From a virus (taxonomy: Duplodnaviria > Caudoviricetes): a DNA stretch of 64,000 bases. Shown one piece after another: positions 38,159 to 47,830 of this stretch. The stretch lies in the IMG/VR virus record IMGVR_UViG_3300027996_003878; one strand, given 5' to 3'. Each line of letters begins with the position of its first letter. The first letter of the stretch is position 1. A model generated the notes under the pieces. The model was not told the origin of the DNA. It worked only from the letters and a program-made list of their open reading frames with translations, and ran no database searches. Made by a program: the position numbers and the translations under genes.

Positions 38159-39349
38159 TTAATTAACGTTATTTATATTATTTTTACTTGGAACATCATT
38201 GATTGTCTGATGTCTGCCTGGGCCTACAGAAACCAAGCAGACGTCAATATTTAATTCTTCTGAGATATATTTGATAAATAATTTTGCATTTTTTGGAAGA
38301 TCGTTAAAGCTTTTCACATTTGTAATGTCTTCCTTCCAACCAGGAAACGTAGTAAAGCTATTATCTCCAATAACTTTTGGTAAATTATCTAAGCAAGGAT
38401 ATTTATCATTATTATAATCGGTCGCCACTTTGATTTTATCAAAGCCAGACAAAACATCTAATTTTGTTATGGCTAGCTTTGTAATTCCATTAACCTCAAC
38501 CGCATATCTCATTAAAGGCATATCCAGCCATCCCACTTTGCGAGGTCGGCCTGTAACAGAGCCAAACTCATGACCAACGGTTTGTAGGTGCGATGCAAGC
38601 TCTCCTTTTATTTCGGATGGGAACGGACCCTCGCCTACTCTTGTCACATAGGCCTTTGTTATTCCGATAACCTCGTCTATTAAGGTTGGCCCAACACCAG
38701 CTCCAGTACAGGCCCCGCCAGCGGTAGCGTTAGAGGAAGTTACAAAAGGGTAAGTTCCAAGGTCAACGTCTAGCAAGGTGCCTTGAGCGCCCTCAAACAT
38801 CACCTTTTTATTTTCTTTTATATTGTTATTTATAATTCTTGGAATATCAGCTTTTGAAAATCTTTTCAAATTATCAATAACTTCTTGTTTGAAATTATAA
38901 TTATTATTTTTAATAATATCTAGTACACGAATTCCATTTCGACTTATTTTATCTTCGTAGGTAGGTCCAATGCCTTTTTTCGTAGTTCCAATTTTAGAAT
39001 TTTTATTTATGTCACTTTCAATATGCTTTGGAAGAATGACGTGAGCGCGATCTGACAACATCAACCTACCCTCAAGCGTTAAGCCTAACCTTTCAAGGCC
39101 CTTCACCTCTTCGTAAAAGACGTTAGGGTCAATGACCATTCCATGACCCAAAATGCAAGTAGTATGAGGATGAAGTATGCCAGACGGTATTAATCGCAAG
39201 ATAGTCTTTTCACCATCCACATTTAATGTATGACCTGCATTAGGGCCTCCGGCGTATCGAACTACAATGTCGTAATCCTTTGCATAAAAATCAACGATTT
39301 TGCCCTTACCTTCGTCACCAAAAGCACAACCTACAAAAACAGTATTCAT
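38159..39349 (-). CDS. purA: Adenylosuccinate synthetase (canonical PurA)
   Basis: FGDEGKGKIVD, GGPNAGHT, IGTTKKGIGP, EGAQGTLLD, VTGRPRKVGWLD, TKLDVL. Confidence 0.96.
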   Translation of the reverse strand: MNTVFVGCAFGDEGKGKIVDFYAKDYDIVVRYAGGPNAGHTLNVDGEKTILRLIPSGILHPHTTCILGHGMVIDPNVFYEEVKGLERLGLTLEGRLMLSDRAHVILPKHIESDINKNSKIGTTKKGIGPTYEDKISRNGIRVLDIIKNNNYNFKQEVIDNLKRFSKADIPRIINNNIKENKKVMFEGAQGTLLDVDLGTYPFVTSSNATAGGACTGAGVGPTLIDEVIGITKAYVTRVGEGPFPSEIKGELASHLQTVGHEFGSVTGRPRKVGWLDMPLMRYAVEVNGITKLAITKLDVLSGFDKIKVATDYNNDKYPCLDNLPKVIGDNSFTTFPGWKEDITNVKSFNDLPKNAKLFIKYISEELNIDVCLVSVGPGRHQTINDVPSKNNINNVN

Positions 39350-39765
39350 ATCTTTGAAATGAATAAAGGCAAGGTAGACTCGATGATTTAAGTTAAAAAA
39401 GAATTATTTTTTCTTAAGTTTTTTACTGTGAGCAAGTAAATCGCCTAGCGAGACTTTTAATACTTTTTCATCATATTTAGAATTATTTATAAAGTCGCCT
39501 TCGATCTGAGTATCTGAACTTTTAATCTCATTGTTGATTAATTTTTCGTCGCTAATGTCTTTATTTTTCATGATTAAAATTTTTTATTCTTTTTTTCTTT
39601 TAGACGCATCTTATTATATATCAAAAAGTCAGCTCTTTATCGTTACAATTAGTAATTTAAAAAAAATAAAAAAACAATCATTAGATTGACTTTTCAAGTG
39701 TTCAGTATTAACGTAAAAGTACTGTTTTTATTTTTAATATTTACATTAAAAAAAATGGAGATTTT

Positions 39766-39981
39766 ATGAAAGAGTGGGGCGGTAAGTGTCAACGATGTTG
39801 TGGCGAAAGTAACACACACGTTATGAGTATGTTTAATGAAGATCTTATTTGTGAAGAATGCAAAGAAAGTGAAAGAAATCACCCTCAGTATAAGCGAGCT
39901 TGTATTGAGGAAATTAAGGCCATTATGAATGGCAATATGAATTATAAAGGTATGTTTGCAAATGTTAAATTTGAGAATTAG
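39766..39981 (+). CDS. Small Cys-rich protein
   Basis: CQRC..MSMFNEDLICEECK; GGAG RBS. Confidence 0.7.
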   Translation: MKEWGGKCQRCCGESNTHVMSMFNEDLICEECKESERNHPQYKRACIEEIKAIMNGNMNYKGMFANVKFEN

Positions 39982-40439
39982 TTATTATAAATAACTAAAT
40001 CTTGATCATTTTTTAACTTTAAAGGGGCGTCACTAAGCAGCTGGGACGCCTTTTCTATTGGTACTTCTTTCGGATCTATTAAATCGACGTCTTCTCTCCA
40101 CACCACCTCTTCAATATACCCATGAGCTGGCAGTGTAGTTGTTTTAAATTTAATTGCAGAAATTTCTTTTTCTTTATCAAGATGAGTTAGTTGGACGCTA
40201 GGAATAAAGTCTCCATATACAAGAGAGACAGCAAAATTAGACCCTGCACTTTGAAGTTTTTTTAATGAAAGAATTTTTTCTATATTTTCTTTATATGTAA
40301 AGTGAATGAACTCATCATTACTTATTTGCATGTAAAAAATATCACCATCTAAAAATGTTTTTTTACCACTGTAGATTAGCGTACTATCTTTTAGATTTGC
40401 ATTTATAAATATTTTTAATTTTTGAAGCGTTGAAGGCAT
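39978..40439 (-). CDS. Hypothetical protein
   Basis: 153-aa ORF; FIHFT..FAVS..EEVVW weakly ART-like. Confidence 0.6.
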   Translation of the reverse strand: MPSTLQKLKIFINANLKDSTLIYSGKKTFLDGDIFYMQISNDEFIHFTYKENIEKILSLKKLQSAGSNFAVSLVYGDFIPSVQLTHLDKEKEISAIKFKTTTLPAHGYIEEVVWREDVDLIDPKEVPIEKASQLLSDAPLKLKNDQDLVIYNN

Positions 40440-40452
40440 TACGGTTTATGGA

Positions 40453-40845
40453 TCAATAGCCAACACCCTCAAGCCACTTTACTTCCATTACTTCTGCTGG
40501 AAGAATTTTTTTATTTCTTAACACTGACGTCATTTTAGGCCCAAAGGTAAACTGAAGATCTTTTTTTAGCATAGGATTGTCGCCAGCTGTTAGCTTAATT
40601 TCAACGTCTCCTGAAGGCGATACCATAAGGCTTGCAGAAAATTTTCCTTCATAATTTATTTTATCTAAAATACCAAATATTTTGTTAGCCACACCGCCCT
40701 GAAGATCAAAGGGACTTCCTCCCCACAATCCAGCGTTATCTAGTGCTTTTTGGATATCAGCGGGTTGAGCGGAAGATGCGATTTCGGCTTTCTTCTGAAA
40801 TTTATTTGCATAACTTAAAATTTTATTAGTAGATAAAAGTCCCAT
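40453..40845 (-). CDS. Hypothetical protein with N-terminal KILSYANKF motif
   Basis: 130-aa ORF. Confidence 0.65.
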   Translation of the reverse strand: MGLLSTNKILSYANKFQKKAEIASSAQPADIQKALDNAGLWGGSPFDLQGGVANKIFGILDKINYEGKFSASLMVSPSGDVEIKLTAGDNPMLKKDLQFTFGPKMTSVLRNKKILPAEVMEVKWLEGVGY

Positions 40846-40859
40846 TACTTTATAATTAA

Positions 40860-42170
40860 TTATTGGTTAATTTGGTTAAATATTTTTTTGTAATTATTAT
40901 CAATTTCAACTATGTTATTTGCGTGCTTTGAGTCAATTCCTCGTAATGATCTATTGTGGTAATTTAATTTAAACTCTGTAAACTTCAAAGCATTTGCGGT
41001 TGATATAACTACAACAGTGTCATCTGTCTTGATATGAGTATTTAAGCTTTTTTTAAGAGATGCAAACCCAACGGCAGTATGTGGGCATGTATAAAACCCA
41101 CATTGGTCTACCTGCGAGGCAATGTCACTTAACTCTTGATCTGTTGATTGCTCTACAATTCCATTTGTTTCCTGCAAGGCGATTGCGGCTCGATCAGCGG
41201 ATACAGGATCGCCAATTTGAATAGCTGTAGCTAACGTTTTTTTTGCTTTAATCGGCTTTAAATCACTTTTATTTTTATAGGATTGGTAAAGAGGATTTGC
41301 GCTAGCTGACTGAGCGAGTAACAGTCTAGGCATCTTGTCGGTACAGCCAAGGTCTTTCAGCATCTTGAACCCTTTATACAAGGCATAGCTGTTGCCTAAA
41401 TTACCGCTTGGTAATACTATCCAGTCTGGAACGACACCTTGTAAACTATCATAAATCTCAAATGCAATTGACTTTTGACCTTCAATGCGTAAGCAGTTTT
41501 TTGAATTAGCGAGGTAAATATGGTCATCATTGGCTAATTTTTGTATTAGCTTCATGCATCCATCGAAATCTGTATCTACAGCAAAAACCTTTGATCCTGT
41601 GGCTATTGGCTGAATTAATTGAGCCTTCGAAACTTTGTTACGAGGTAATAAAATTATAGAGGGAATTCCAGCAATTGCCGCATAAAGAGACAAAGAGGCA
41701 GATGTGTCGCCAGTAGAGGCACAACCGATAGCTTTTATTTTTTTACCATTTTTTATAGCTTGCTTTACAGAAGAAACTAAAACAGTCATGCCAAGATCTT
41801 TAAAAGATCCAGTATAATTATTACCACATAATTTAACATAAAGATTTTTAATACCAAAAAGCTCTGACAAACGATTGGTCCTTATCAGAGGATTATTGCC
41901 TTCATGTGTTGTAATGATATTATCTGATAGAATATCTGGAAGCACTAACTCTTTGTACCGCCATACTCCAGAGTTCCTAAAATTTTCTCTTAAATGATTC
42001 TTATTTTTATTTTTTAGATTGTAAGCGGCGCAAAAATAATTAATATTACTTATTCTATGACTTACATCCAGAAGACTGCCGCACTTTGGGCAATTATAGA
42101 TAGTATCTTCAATCGAATAAGACTCTTCGCTACATTGCTTTAAACATTTTAATTCACACAAGCGCCTCAT
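40860..42170 (-). CDS. thrC: Threonine synthase (PLP)
   Basis: CPKCG, HEGNNPL, TGSFKDLGM, CASTGDTSAS, EGQKSIAFE, PSGNLGN, ISTANALK. Confidence 0.93.
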   Translation of the reverse strand: MRRLCELKCLKQCSEESYSIEDTIYNCPKCGSLLDVSHRISNINYFCAAYNLKNKNKNHLRENFRNSGVWRYKELVLPDILSDNIITTHEGNNPLIRTNRLSELFGIKNLYVKLCGNNYTGSFKDLGMTVLVSSVKQAIKNGKKIKAIGCASTGDTSASLSLYAAIAGIPSIILLPRNKVSKAQLIQPIATGSKVFAVDTDFDGCMKLIQKLANDDHIYLANSKNCLRIEGQKSIAFEIYDSLQGVVPDWIVLPSGNLGNSYALYKGFKMLKDLGCTDKMPRLLLAQSASANPLYQSYKNKSDLKPIKAKKTLATAIQIGDPVSADRAAIALQETNGIVEQSTDQELSDIASQVDQCGFYTCPHTAVGFASLKKSLNTHIKTDDTVVVISTANALKFTEFKLNYHNRSLRGIDSKHANNIVEIDNNYKKIFNQINQ

Positions 42171-42211
42171 ATTTAAATATTATTTTATACTATATTTTTG
42201 TATTTTAATAA

Positions 42212-42352
42212 ATGATGATTATAAAAAAGAGATGTTTAAAATGCTGGGTTGAATATAAAACATGGGACAAATTCAACACACCGCAACTCTGCCTGGACTG
42301 TTGTTTTAAAATAAAATTTACTAATAAAAATCATTTGAAGCTAGTAAAATGA
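42212..42352 (+). CDS. Small Zn-finger protein not in ORF track (46 aa)
   Basis: MMIIKKRCLKCWVEY..QLCLDCCF; stop overlaps the next ATG. Confidence 0.5.
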   Translation: MMIIKKRCLKCWVEYKTWDKFNTPQLCLDCCFKIKFTNKNHLKLVK

Positions 42353-42522
42353 GGATAAAAGTTGAAAGCCTCATTACAGCGGAAGAGAATGATTGCAAAA
42401 AGGTAGAGGTAGTATTTTATATAAATTCGAGATATTACAAAGAAAAGTGCAAAGAAAATATAAATAAAACAATAGCTATAATACAATATAAATTATCAAG
42501 ATGGCGGAGTTCTACGCAATAA
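42349..42522 (+). CDS. Small protein not in ORF track (57 aa)
   Basis: ATGA overlap with the upstream ORF. Confidence 0.4.
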   Translation: MRIKVESLITAEENDCKKVEVVFYINSRYYKEKCKENINKTIAIIQYKLSRWRSSTQ

Positions 42523-42686
42523 AAAATAAGCACGATTTTACTTTTTTGAAATCTAGTGAAAATGAAATAAATTCATTTATTTGCACCAAATGTGGGGAGC
42601 AGGCAAACTCAATTAGTCTGTATGATATGGAAAGAACAGAGTGTAGCGCTTTAACTAATTATTTATCAATTACTAAAAAAATATAG
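42501..42686 (+). CDS. Small Cys-containing protein
   Basis: CTKCG motif. Confidence 0.5.
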   Translation: MAEFYAIKNKHDFTFLKSSENEINSFICTKCGEQANSISLYDMERTECSALTNYLSITKKI

Positions 42687-42775
42687 CTTTATTTTGATAT
42701 AAAAATATAAAAGATTTAATTAAGATCAGATTATTTTATTTTATTAATTTTTTTTTTACCATTAATTGAGGATAT

Positions 42776-43000
42776 ATGGATCCAATAATTTCCGGCTTAG
42801 CTCAATACGGCGTCCTTGGCTTATGGACGGCTTCTTTGCTTTACCATAAATGGCAAATGAGTAAAGAGCTAAACACAAGATATAATGAATTAAGTCAGAG
42901 AACTCAAAGGTTAGATGACGAAATGCTTGATTTGCTTAGAGAAAATAATAGATTATTAGAGATTGGGTTTAAAGAAATGATGTCTAAGCTCGACAAGTGA
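42776..43000 (+). CDS. Small membrane protein, BhlA/UviB holin-like
   Basis: GAGG RBS; LAQYGVLGLWTASLLY TM, then coiled coil. Confidence 0.5.
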   Translation: MDPIISGLAQYGVLGLWTASLLYHKWQMSKELNTRYNELSQRTQRLDDEMLDLLRENNRLLEIGFKEMMSKLDK

Positions 43001-43006
43001 TAGCAA

Positions 43007-43495
43007 TCAATCAAAAGGTCCGGGTTTAACCACATCTTTTTCGTCTAAAAATCTTCCCTCTGGACCCATTTCAAGTTCTTTTTGGTATTGACCCCAGGCC
43101 CTTGCCTCGAAAAGCGTGGCGTAGTTTGATAGAACATCCTTTAGAGGTAAGTTTTTTCCTAGCTCCTCTTTAATGTCCGAAGTATAATTTTTACCCTCTT
43201 GCTCAAGTAAAGTTTTGAATATTTTTTCAACTCTTGACAGTTGGTAGCGTTGGTTGTCTTTGTAGCGCCCTAAGTCTTCGCCTACAGCTCTCTCTAAAGC
43301 CTCTCTTACCTTATTTGCGACGTTAGATGGGTTTAGGTCCAAAAGAGGCGCCATTGCCTTTCCAAAGTCCTGAGCCATCGTAAGCGCGGTCATTGTAAGA
43401 TTGTTGGATGAACTTGCGGTCTTTAATTTCCATGCATTTGCTATTTTGTATAGTTTAGATAAGTTATTTTTTGCCATTTTTTTTCCTAGAGTCAA
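43007..43495 (-). CDS. Hypothetical protein with SKLYKIAN motif
   Basis: 162-aa helical ORF. Confidence 0.65.
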   Translation of the reverse strand: MTLGKKMAKNNLSKLYKIANAWKLKTASSSNNLTMTALTMAQDFGKAMAPLLDLNPSNVANKVREALERAVGEDLGRYKDNQRYQLSRVEKIFKTLLEQEGKNYTSDIKEELGKNLPLKDVLSNYATLFEARAWGQYQKELEMGPEGRFLDEKDVVKPGPFD

Positions 43496-43541
43496 TGCCC
43501 TTATATTCAGAGAAAGCGGACCCGCCTTCCAGCTATTTCAT

Positions 43542-45311
43542 TCATCCCTTAGACAGCTTAGGCCCCCAATAACCCCACTCCATTAAATCATCGCCTGCCC
43601 ATCGTATATGCCTTAATGGAACTTCAAACTCTACTATGTGCCAGTCTTTTTCGCCTTCAGCGTGCTGCTCTGCGTAAGTCTTTGAAAGAGTTATCCAGTT
43701 TCCAGTATTAATCGTTGAACCTGCTGACTTTGGAAGTGCGCGATAGATTATGACTTTCTTATCAGGCATGCCAATCCCTCTCTTTATCTTTGACCAAAAT
43801 TCTTTAAGCTCATTTGGATATCCCGTATACCATTCTGGCTTTTGAAGTATGTCTCGCGGAAAATCATCTGTTTGACCGATTTCATGACCAGCAGGTCCCC
43901 ACGCCGGCTGATGCTGCATTCGATAATCTTTATATTCTGACTCTAAATCATCCTTAGAATAAAGATCGGTTTTTGACTTGCTTTCTATTCCTAATATTTT
44001 ATTTCGAATATTCTCTTTTATTTCATAATTTCTTACTGGACGCCAGCCTGCTATTGGGTTTAAATATTCAACTATGTCATTGTTTAGTCTGTAACGTTTG
44101 CCAGAATCTTCAATGATAGTTAAGTCAGCGCTAGCTGCTTTTAAATTCAATTCGTCAGCATTTAACTTTTCGACATCGTAAAGCTTCGCTCTTTGTACTT
44201 TAATCTCACCATCCTCATCAGGATTACCTTTGATTAAATCCCTTGGGTTATACTCAAAGGTTAATAGTAATTCCTGATCATCTGTCAAACCTGAGTAATA
44301 ATCTAAAACAAATTTTTTAGAAGTGCCTAAATAGACGCCCTGCTTTGATTTAATTACTGAGCCGGGTTCTAGCTGGTAAATAAAATCACCGTCCATGAGG
44401 CTTTTAGCTTCTTCAGCGTTATCATCGTATTTAACGACTTTATAGCCGAAATTAAGATCGCCTGCTGCTGCTTTTAGAAACTTACGAGCTATAACTAAAA
44501 TATCAGAAGCTGTAAGTAGCAATTGCTCGTATTTTTTAGCCGCAGTTTCGCCAAAAGCTTTATTCAGCAAATACTCAAGAAACTTACCCTCTGGCTTTTT
44601 CTTGGTTAATTCTATTTGCTTTATTACTTTGTCTTTTGAAACGCCAAACCTGCGCGATAGTAATTCTATTACTTTTTCTTTAGAGTAGCCAGGGTAAGAG
44701 ACATTATAATCTAACTCTTCAATCTTTTGCTTTTTACCATAAGGCTGGTCTTTTGCCGGAATCGCTTCAAGCCCCAAGTTTAAAAACTCTTCACGCGAAA
44801 ACCATTGGGCCTCTTTTCCATAAGGCTTGTATCGAATTGCTTTTATTTTACTAGGTGCAATTAAACCCCGTAATAAAGCTTGTGGCTCTGATTTTTGACT
44901 TAAAGTATCGCTTAAGTAGGGGCGGAAGCTTTCTGGAAATTTCCGATAGGCTAATTCTATCGCAGATTCAGCCCTCTGTCTGCCGTGAGGGTCATCTTCT
45001 CTTCCTATGTTGCCAGACCAATCTGTGCCGTGTAGATATTTTGCAGGAACTTGAAGTTTAATAATAACTTCTCCACGGTTAGAAAATCGATCTGCAAGAT
45101 CTTCATTTGGAGATACAAATAAACCCTTATGCCGAGGACCACCGTAATGTCTTGATTTTACCTCATTTGCATCAAACCCATTAATCATTTCATGCAAATG
45201 AGATAAGCTGGTACCATGGTAAACTACTAGCTCATCATCACTCTTTAACTTGCTATACTCCATTGAGTATTTTAACAAGTTATTTGCGGCTTTATATAAC
45301 TTCGACCTCAT
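43542..45311 (-). CDS. Multidomain protein with two, possibly three, ADP-ribosyltransferase-like domains
   Basis: VVYHGTS..GLFVSP..ADRF; VYLGTS..VLDYY; IIYRAL..GNWITLSKTYA..H...EWGY. Confidence 0.6.
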   Translation of the reverse strand: MRSKLYKAANNLLKYSMEYSKLKSDDELVVYHGTSLSHLHEMINGFDANEVKSRHYGGPRHKGLFVSPNEDLADRFSNRGEVIIKLQVPAKYLHGTDWSGNIGREDDPHGRQRAESAIELAYRKFPESFRPYLSDTLSQKSEPQALLRGLIAPSKIKAIRYKPYGKEAQWFSREEFLNLGLEAIPAKDQPYGKKQKIEELDYNVSYPGYSKEKVIELLSRRFGVSKDKVIKQIELTKKKPEGKFLEYLLNKAFGETAAKKYEQLLLTASDILVIARKFLKAAAGDLNFGYKVVKYDDNAEEAKSLMDGDFIYQLEPGSVIKSKQGVYLGTSKKFVLDYYSGLTDDQELLLTFEYNPRDLIKGNPDEDGEIKVQRAKLYDVEKLNADELNLKAASADLTIIEDSGKRYRLNNDIVEYLNPIAGWRPVRNYEIKENIRNKILGIESKSKTDLYSKDDLESEYKDYRMQHQPAWGPAGHEIGQTDDFPRDILQKPEWYTGYPNELKEFWSKIKRGIGMPDKKVIIYRALPKSAGSTINTGNWITLSKTYAEQHAEGEKDWHIVEFEVPLRHIRWAGDDLMEWGYWGPKLSKG

Positions 45312-45357
45312 GCCTTAATAAGAAATTAAGCAATGAAGTAATATAAAATTAAAATTA

Positions 45358-45606
45358 CTAAGGCATTATTAATGATATTCCAGATTTCTTCGGAATATTC
45401 GGGCGATCATCGGATAAATCCAGGTAACAAAGACCCCCGCACTGACCGCACTCTCCTGCCGGAACCTCTTGTCCAGGACTAATACGATTCCAAAGGTAAG
45501 GGATGTTGCTCATTTTAATCTCTAAATCATCCTCATAACCAGACCAATCGCAAGAAAAACACTTTACTTTACTCATCAATAATCTCGTCGCTGCTGCCAA
45601 AGGCAT
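45358..45606 (-). CDS. Small Zn-ribbon protein
   Basis: CFSCDW...GECGQCG. Confidence 0.6.
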   Translation of the reverse strand: MPLAAATRLLMSKVKCFSCDWSGYEDDLEIKMSNIPYLWNRISPGQEVPAGECGQCGGLCYLDLSDDRPNIPKKSGISLIMP

Positions 45607-45726
45607 AGGTATCCCTTTAACCTATTCATTCAAAAAAAAATGTCAATCTTTTTTTCTTTTTATGCCAAATAACGTTATTTTTTAAATTTTATTAAAAGAA
45701 TTTAATTGCATCTTTAAAATATTTTT

Positions 45727-46350
45727 TTACAAGATATGAGAATATCTCCTTAAAAGAAGTTTACGAAACGCGACTCCAGCTAACTTATTTTGATCTTTAG
45801 ACTCTAAGTCTGCGATTAAACAAGAAGTATTAAAAGACTCTATAAATTCATCTTTTTCATTAAAATGACCAACTTCATGTTCTAAAAATTTACGAAATCC
45901 TTCACGCTCTTGCTCGCTCATGTTTTTACAAATATAAACAATATCGCTATTATCTTTTGCCCTGGTAGATGCAAGTTTTAAGTACAATAATTGATTCCTA
46001 CCGAGAACGGGAAGGCCTAGAAAGCTTCCCCTATCTTTATAAAAAAAATCTTCGTGAGGTTCTGAAAAAATAAAATCAACATCAGCATCATTAAAGATTG
46101 TTGTAATTCCATCACGACCAGGCATTGAAAGTGGCCGAGTGTCAAAAAGCTCCTCTAATTTGCTTCTTGATGAGGCAGGTACAATAAAATCAATATCGCC
46201 TGTATCTCGTGGACTTGACCAGCGCGCAACCGCTATCCCGCCGATAACTGCATAGTTAATATTGTTCTCATTTAAAATGTCAATGATGCCCTTGCCAACC
46301 TCTGGAAGGTCTTTGAGAATTCTTTGGGCCTTTAATTCATTGTTATTCAT
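45727..46350 (-). CDS. Pol-beta superfamily nucleotidyltransferase
   Basis: YAVIGGIAV....PRDTGDIDF...LKLASTRAKDNSDI. Confidence 0.8.
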   Translation of the reverse strand: MNNNELKAQRILKDLPEVGKGIIDILNENNINYAVIGGIAVARWSSPRDTGDIDFIVPASSRSKLEELFDTRPLSMPGRDGITTIFNDADVDFIFSEPHEDFFYKDRGSFLGLPVLGRNQLLYLKLASTRAKDNSDIVYICKNMSEQEREGFRKFLEHEVGHFNEKDEFIESFNTSCLIADLESKDQNKLAGVAFRKLLLRRYSHIL

Positions 46351-46457
46351 AATACCTCAGAACTATAACCATTAATAGTGGTCATATCAATTAGTTTTTT
46401 TTTGTAAGTTTACGTATTAAATAGCATTTTAATATATCATTAGCTAAATTAAAAAAA

Positions 46458-46784
46458 ATGAAATATTTAATTAATTTGTTTAAGTGGATTAAGCGCAAAA
46501 TTAAGCACAAATTAAGCCATTTGTCTTGGAATTATGTGAAAGAAACATTCAAGAAGCACGGGCTTGCCCTCGTTGTTATTTTTATAATATGGGAATTATT
46601 GGAAGATGTATTTTTTCCTGTCCTTTTTATTTGGCTGGGAAAAAATATTAATCCATGGTTTTATACTGGAGCACCGCTAAGTTGGCTTCTTTGCCTGCAC
46701 CCAATCGCAGTACCGCTGATTTGGGGGTTTTGGATTAAAATTTCTGGAAGTAAAGATCAAGTTAGCAATTTACATAAACATTGA
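46458..46784 (+). CDS. Membrane protein
   Basis: Multiple Trp-rich TM segments. Confidence 0.6.
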   Translation: MKYLINLFKWIKRKIKHKLSHLSWNYVKETFKKHGLALVVIFIIWELLEDVFFPVLFIWLGKNINPWFYTGAPLSWLLCLHPIAVPLIWGFWIKISGSKDQVSNLHKH

Positions 46785-47260
46785 AATAAAGGCTCAGCAT
46801 CTCTTGAGCCTCTTAATTTTTTTTCAAATAGCGGGTGCTCTTGACGGTACATTTCTAAAATTTTAGTATTTTTTGTAGATGATGCATGCCTAACATTTGC
46901 TAAGCGATCAGATGCCTTAATCAAAACTGCGCCTGGCACTAGAGGAATGAGCTTGTACGGCCTAGCTTTACGCTCCTCTCGGGTGTCTCCGGGGCCATCG
47001 GATACGGCATCTACAAGACTCGCAACACGTTCGCCAAAAAAGCCGTACAAATCAAAATAGGTCGCTTGGGTGTCTTCAATCACATCATGCAATAGACCTG
47101 CTCTTAATAAATCTCTATCGTGAATGTTAAATTCGATCATAACATTGATAACATCAATCAAATGACAAATATAAGGTTTATCTCCATACATTTGATCGCC
47201 ATGGCACTTAGTGGCAAATTTATACGCAGAAGTTAAAAACAAAGGAACATGATAAGTCAT
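46757..47260 (-). CDS. HD-domain RelA/SpoT-type hydrolase (small alarmone hydrolase / Mesh1-like)
   Basis: FATKCHGDQ..PYICHL..V, AGLLHDVIEDT, IKASDRLAN. Confidence 0.88.
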   Translation of the reverse strand: MTYHVPLFLTSAYKFATKCHGDQMYGDKPYICHLIDVINVMIEFNIHDRDLLRAGLLHDVIEDTQATYFDLYGFFGERVASLVDAVSDGPGDTREERKARPYKLIPLVPGAVLIKASDRLANVRHASSTKNTKILEMYRQEHPLFEKKLRGSRDAEPLFQCLCKLLT

Positions 47261-47270
47261 ACTTTATTTT

Positions 47271-47498
47271 TTAACTTTTTTTATCTTTTGCTATCGAAGA
47301 ATTGCTCATTCCAAGCTGAAAACGTATCTCCCTTACACCTATTAACGTCCAATGAGAAAATGAAAGCGACGTCTTACCTCTAATCTTTAAAATAATCCAT
47401 TGAAATGAGCTATATATAATTTTTAAATACTTAAACCTTCCTAATATTTTTTCTAACCCGCTACGTTTGCCCCAAGGCTTAATTGGATATCTTCGCAT
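47271..47498 (-). CDS. Hypothetical protein
   Basis: 75-aa ORF. Confidence 0.4.
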   Translation of the reverse strand: MRRYPIKPWGKRSGLEKILGRFKYLKIIYSSFQWIILKIRGKTSLSFSHWTLIGVREIRFQLGMSNSSIAKDKKS

Positions 47499-47563
47499 TT
47501 ATTTTTTTTAGAAATAAAAAAAAATAATATCGACAGCAATTTGTTGTTATATATAGCGCTACT

Positions 47564-47818
47564 ATGATTATGCTAGTTTTGCTCTTTATTTGTGCTTTAA
47601 CGGTTAATCCACTCCCACCGAGCCAGCAAGATGCCAGCAGTTCTTCTGACATTAAAGGTTCTAAAGTTTCAGATATTTCCGAAGAACAATTTAAAGGAAA
47701 TATGATGCCGCCCGAAGAGTATGAGGAGTACGAAGAAGATTACTATGACGGCACTTTTTATGAATATCCTTGCGCGGAGAGAAGTCCACGAATTCCGTGC
47801 TTTGAAGAAATCGATTAG
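47564..47818 (+). CDS. Small secreted acidic protein
   Basis: Signal peptide; EEYEEYEEDYYD; C-terminal C..C. Confidence 0.55.
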   Translation: MIMLVLLFICALTVNPLPPSQQDASSSSDIKGSKVSDISEEQFKGNMMPPEEYEEYEEDYYDGTFYEYPCAERSPRIPCFEEID

Positions 47819-47830
47819 CTTAATTAGCTG

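Noticed and set aside
38159-39349. PurZ (2-aminoadenine Z-genome pathway)
   Set aside because: The motif is GDEGKGK with the catalytic Asp of canonical PurA, not the Ser-type motif of PurZ.
8905-46380. TATTAAT as a putative late-promoter motif upstream of several genes
   Set aside because: It is seen before a few genes, but it is too likely by chance in such AT-rich intergenic DNA to support without a statistical test.
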